A stretch of 63,950 bases of DNA, the filler included, from Choristocarpus tenellus KU-1152 (Eukaryota; Protista; Phaeophyceae): assembly GCA_964200185.2 (NCBI GenBank). It is 14 parts of 14 records of this genome, joined end to end, with 100 filler letters (N's around TTAATTAATTAA, not from the genome) between each part and the next. Parts side by side here need not be neighbours in the genome. Positions count along the whole stretch, not along the records: positions 61,044 to 63,950 come from CAXNAD020023743.1; 13 more parts are not named here. One strand, given 5' to 3'. A program made the position numbers and the translations under genes. The notes beneath the pieces were generated by a model that was not told where the DNA came from, did not search any database, and saw nothing but the letters and a program-made list of their open reading frames with translations. Every line of letters begins with the position of its first letter. Position 1 is the stretch's first letter. Of the stretch, positions 63,017 to 63,950 are shown in pieces.

Positions 63017-63950
63017 CTAATAGTTTTGTACGATTTCCCAGGGCTTACCACTCTCACTCATATCCCACCCCACTCCTTCTAAGATTCTATCTCTCCCTCT
63101 ATCTCTCTATCCAAGGGATCCACTCGATAAGGGAGTGCTGTCTCGGTTCTCGAGCCTTGACCAAGTCAAATGGTCAAGTTCACACAGATCGGATAAAGTC
63201 TGTTGTTACTGGATATTGTCGAGACAGAAGAGGGTATACCTACAAAATACCCACTGCACACACAAACCTGAAAAACAACGTAATGTGAAAGTTTATGAAG
63301 AAATCTGAGTTTTGTGGGCGGAAGAATTCTGGTCGAATGGGGGGGCACAGGACAAGGAAAGGTAGGGGAAAGAAAAAAAAAGGAAACAGGAAGAGAACGA
63401 ATAGTTAAGGAATGACTGGCTAAGAGAGTGAAAAAAAAAAGGTAATAAGAAATGGGTGGTAGGAAGAGGGAAGGGGAAGGATTGATCAGAATTTAATAAG
63501 AGGGCTGAGAACCAGGGGTACAGGACGAGGAGGGTGAGAATAAGACAACCTCCGAGCAAGCTCTCCCGTCCACCCACCCTGTCGCTTGCTCACGACCAAT
63601 GGGAACGCTGGGTAGGGGGAAGGGAGGTCAAGTTCCGGCTGGGTAGATGTCTTCTAGCTCGAAGGCACGGTTTGAAGTGGATCATTAAGGGGTGTTCTTG
63701 GATGATTGCGGAGTGGTGTTGAGTGGTGTGGGAACTGCTGTGAGGTCGTGGGGAGTGATAATTTGTGTGGGGTTGAAAGGTGGGGGGGGTGACTGGCAAT
63801 CAGGGCCGAAGGGGTCGCACTGGTTGGTCATCAGAGGTGGGTCAAAGTGTCTGGGGGGGGGGGGGGGCCGGCGTCCGTTTTTGACCCGGTTAGGACAACC
63901 CTGAGTGCAAGAGGGGGGAAAAGAGAGCCCTAACCCTTAACATGTCGGAA

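Overview
This window is not one locus. It is 14 short contigs (2.5-9 kb) joined by 13 artificial 100-nt spacers (44 N + TTAATTAATTAA + 44 N). The DNA is eukaryotic, intron-rich and heavily loaded with transposons. TTAGGG repeats, GT-AG introns, the TE types and the gene content suggest a stramenopile, most likely a brown alga or close relative (inference only). Supported partial genes: a C2-domain protein, a PAPS/nucleotide-sugar transporter (SLC35B2-like), acetylornithine aminotransferase (ArgD), a UBX-domain protein, a PHD-finger protein, a Zn(II)2Cys6 transcription factor, a probable carbohydrate sulfotransferase, and a USP9X/24/34-like deubiquitinase (8 exons reconstructed in frame). Mobile DNA: two degenerate Ty3/Gypsy chromodomain elements (one lacks RT/RNase H), two degenerate Copia elements, a plant-type mariner with a Stowaway-like TIR, an IS630/Tc1 remnant, an RLE-type LINE fragment, and two abundant MITE families (11 and at least 7 copies) with shared, Sola-like termini. 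The most unusual signal is the placement of short telomere-like tracts inside introns. In the four longest introns of the USP gene, (TTAGGG)n lies on the 5' side and the complementary (CCCTAA)n on the 3' side, and many acceptors lack an adjacent polypyrimidine tract. This suggests, but does not prove, intron bridging by RNA pairing of telomere-derived repeats.
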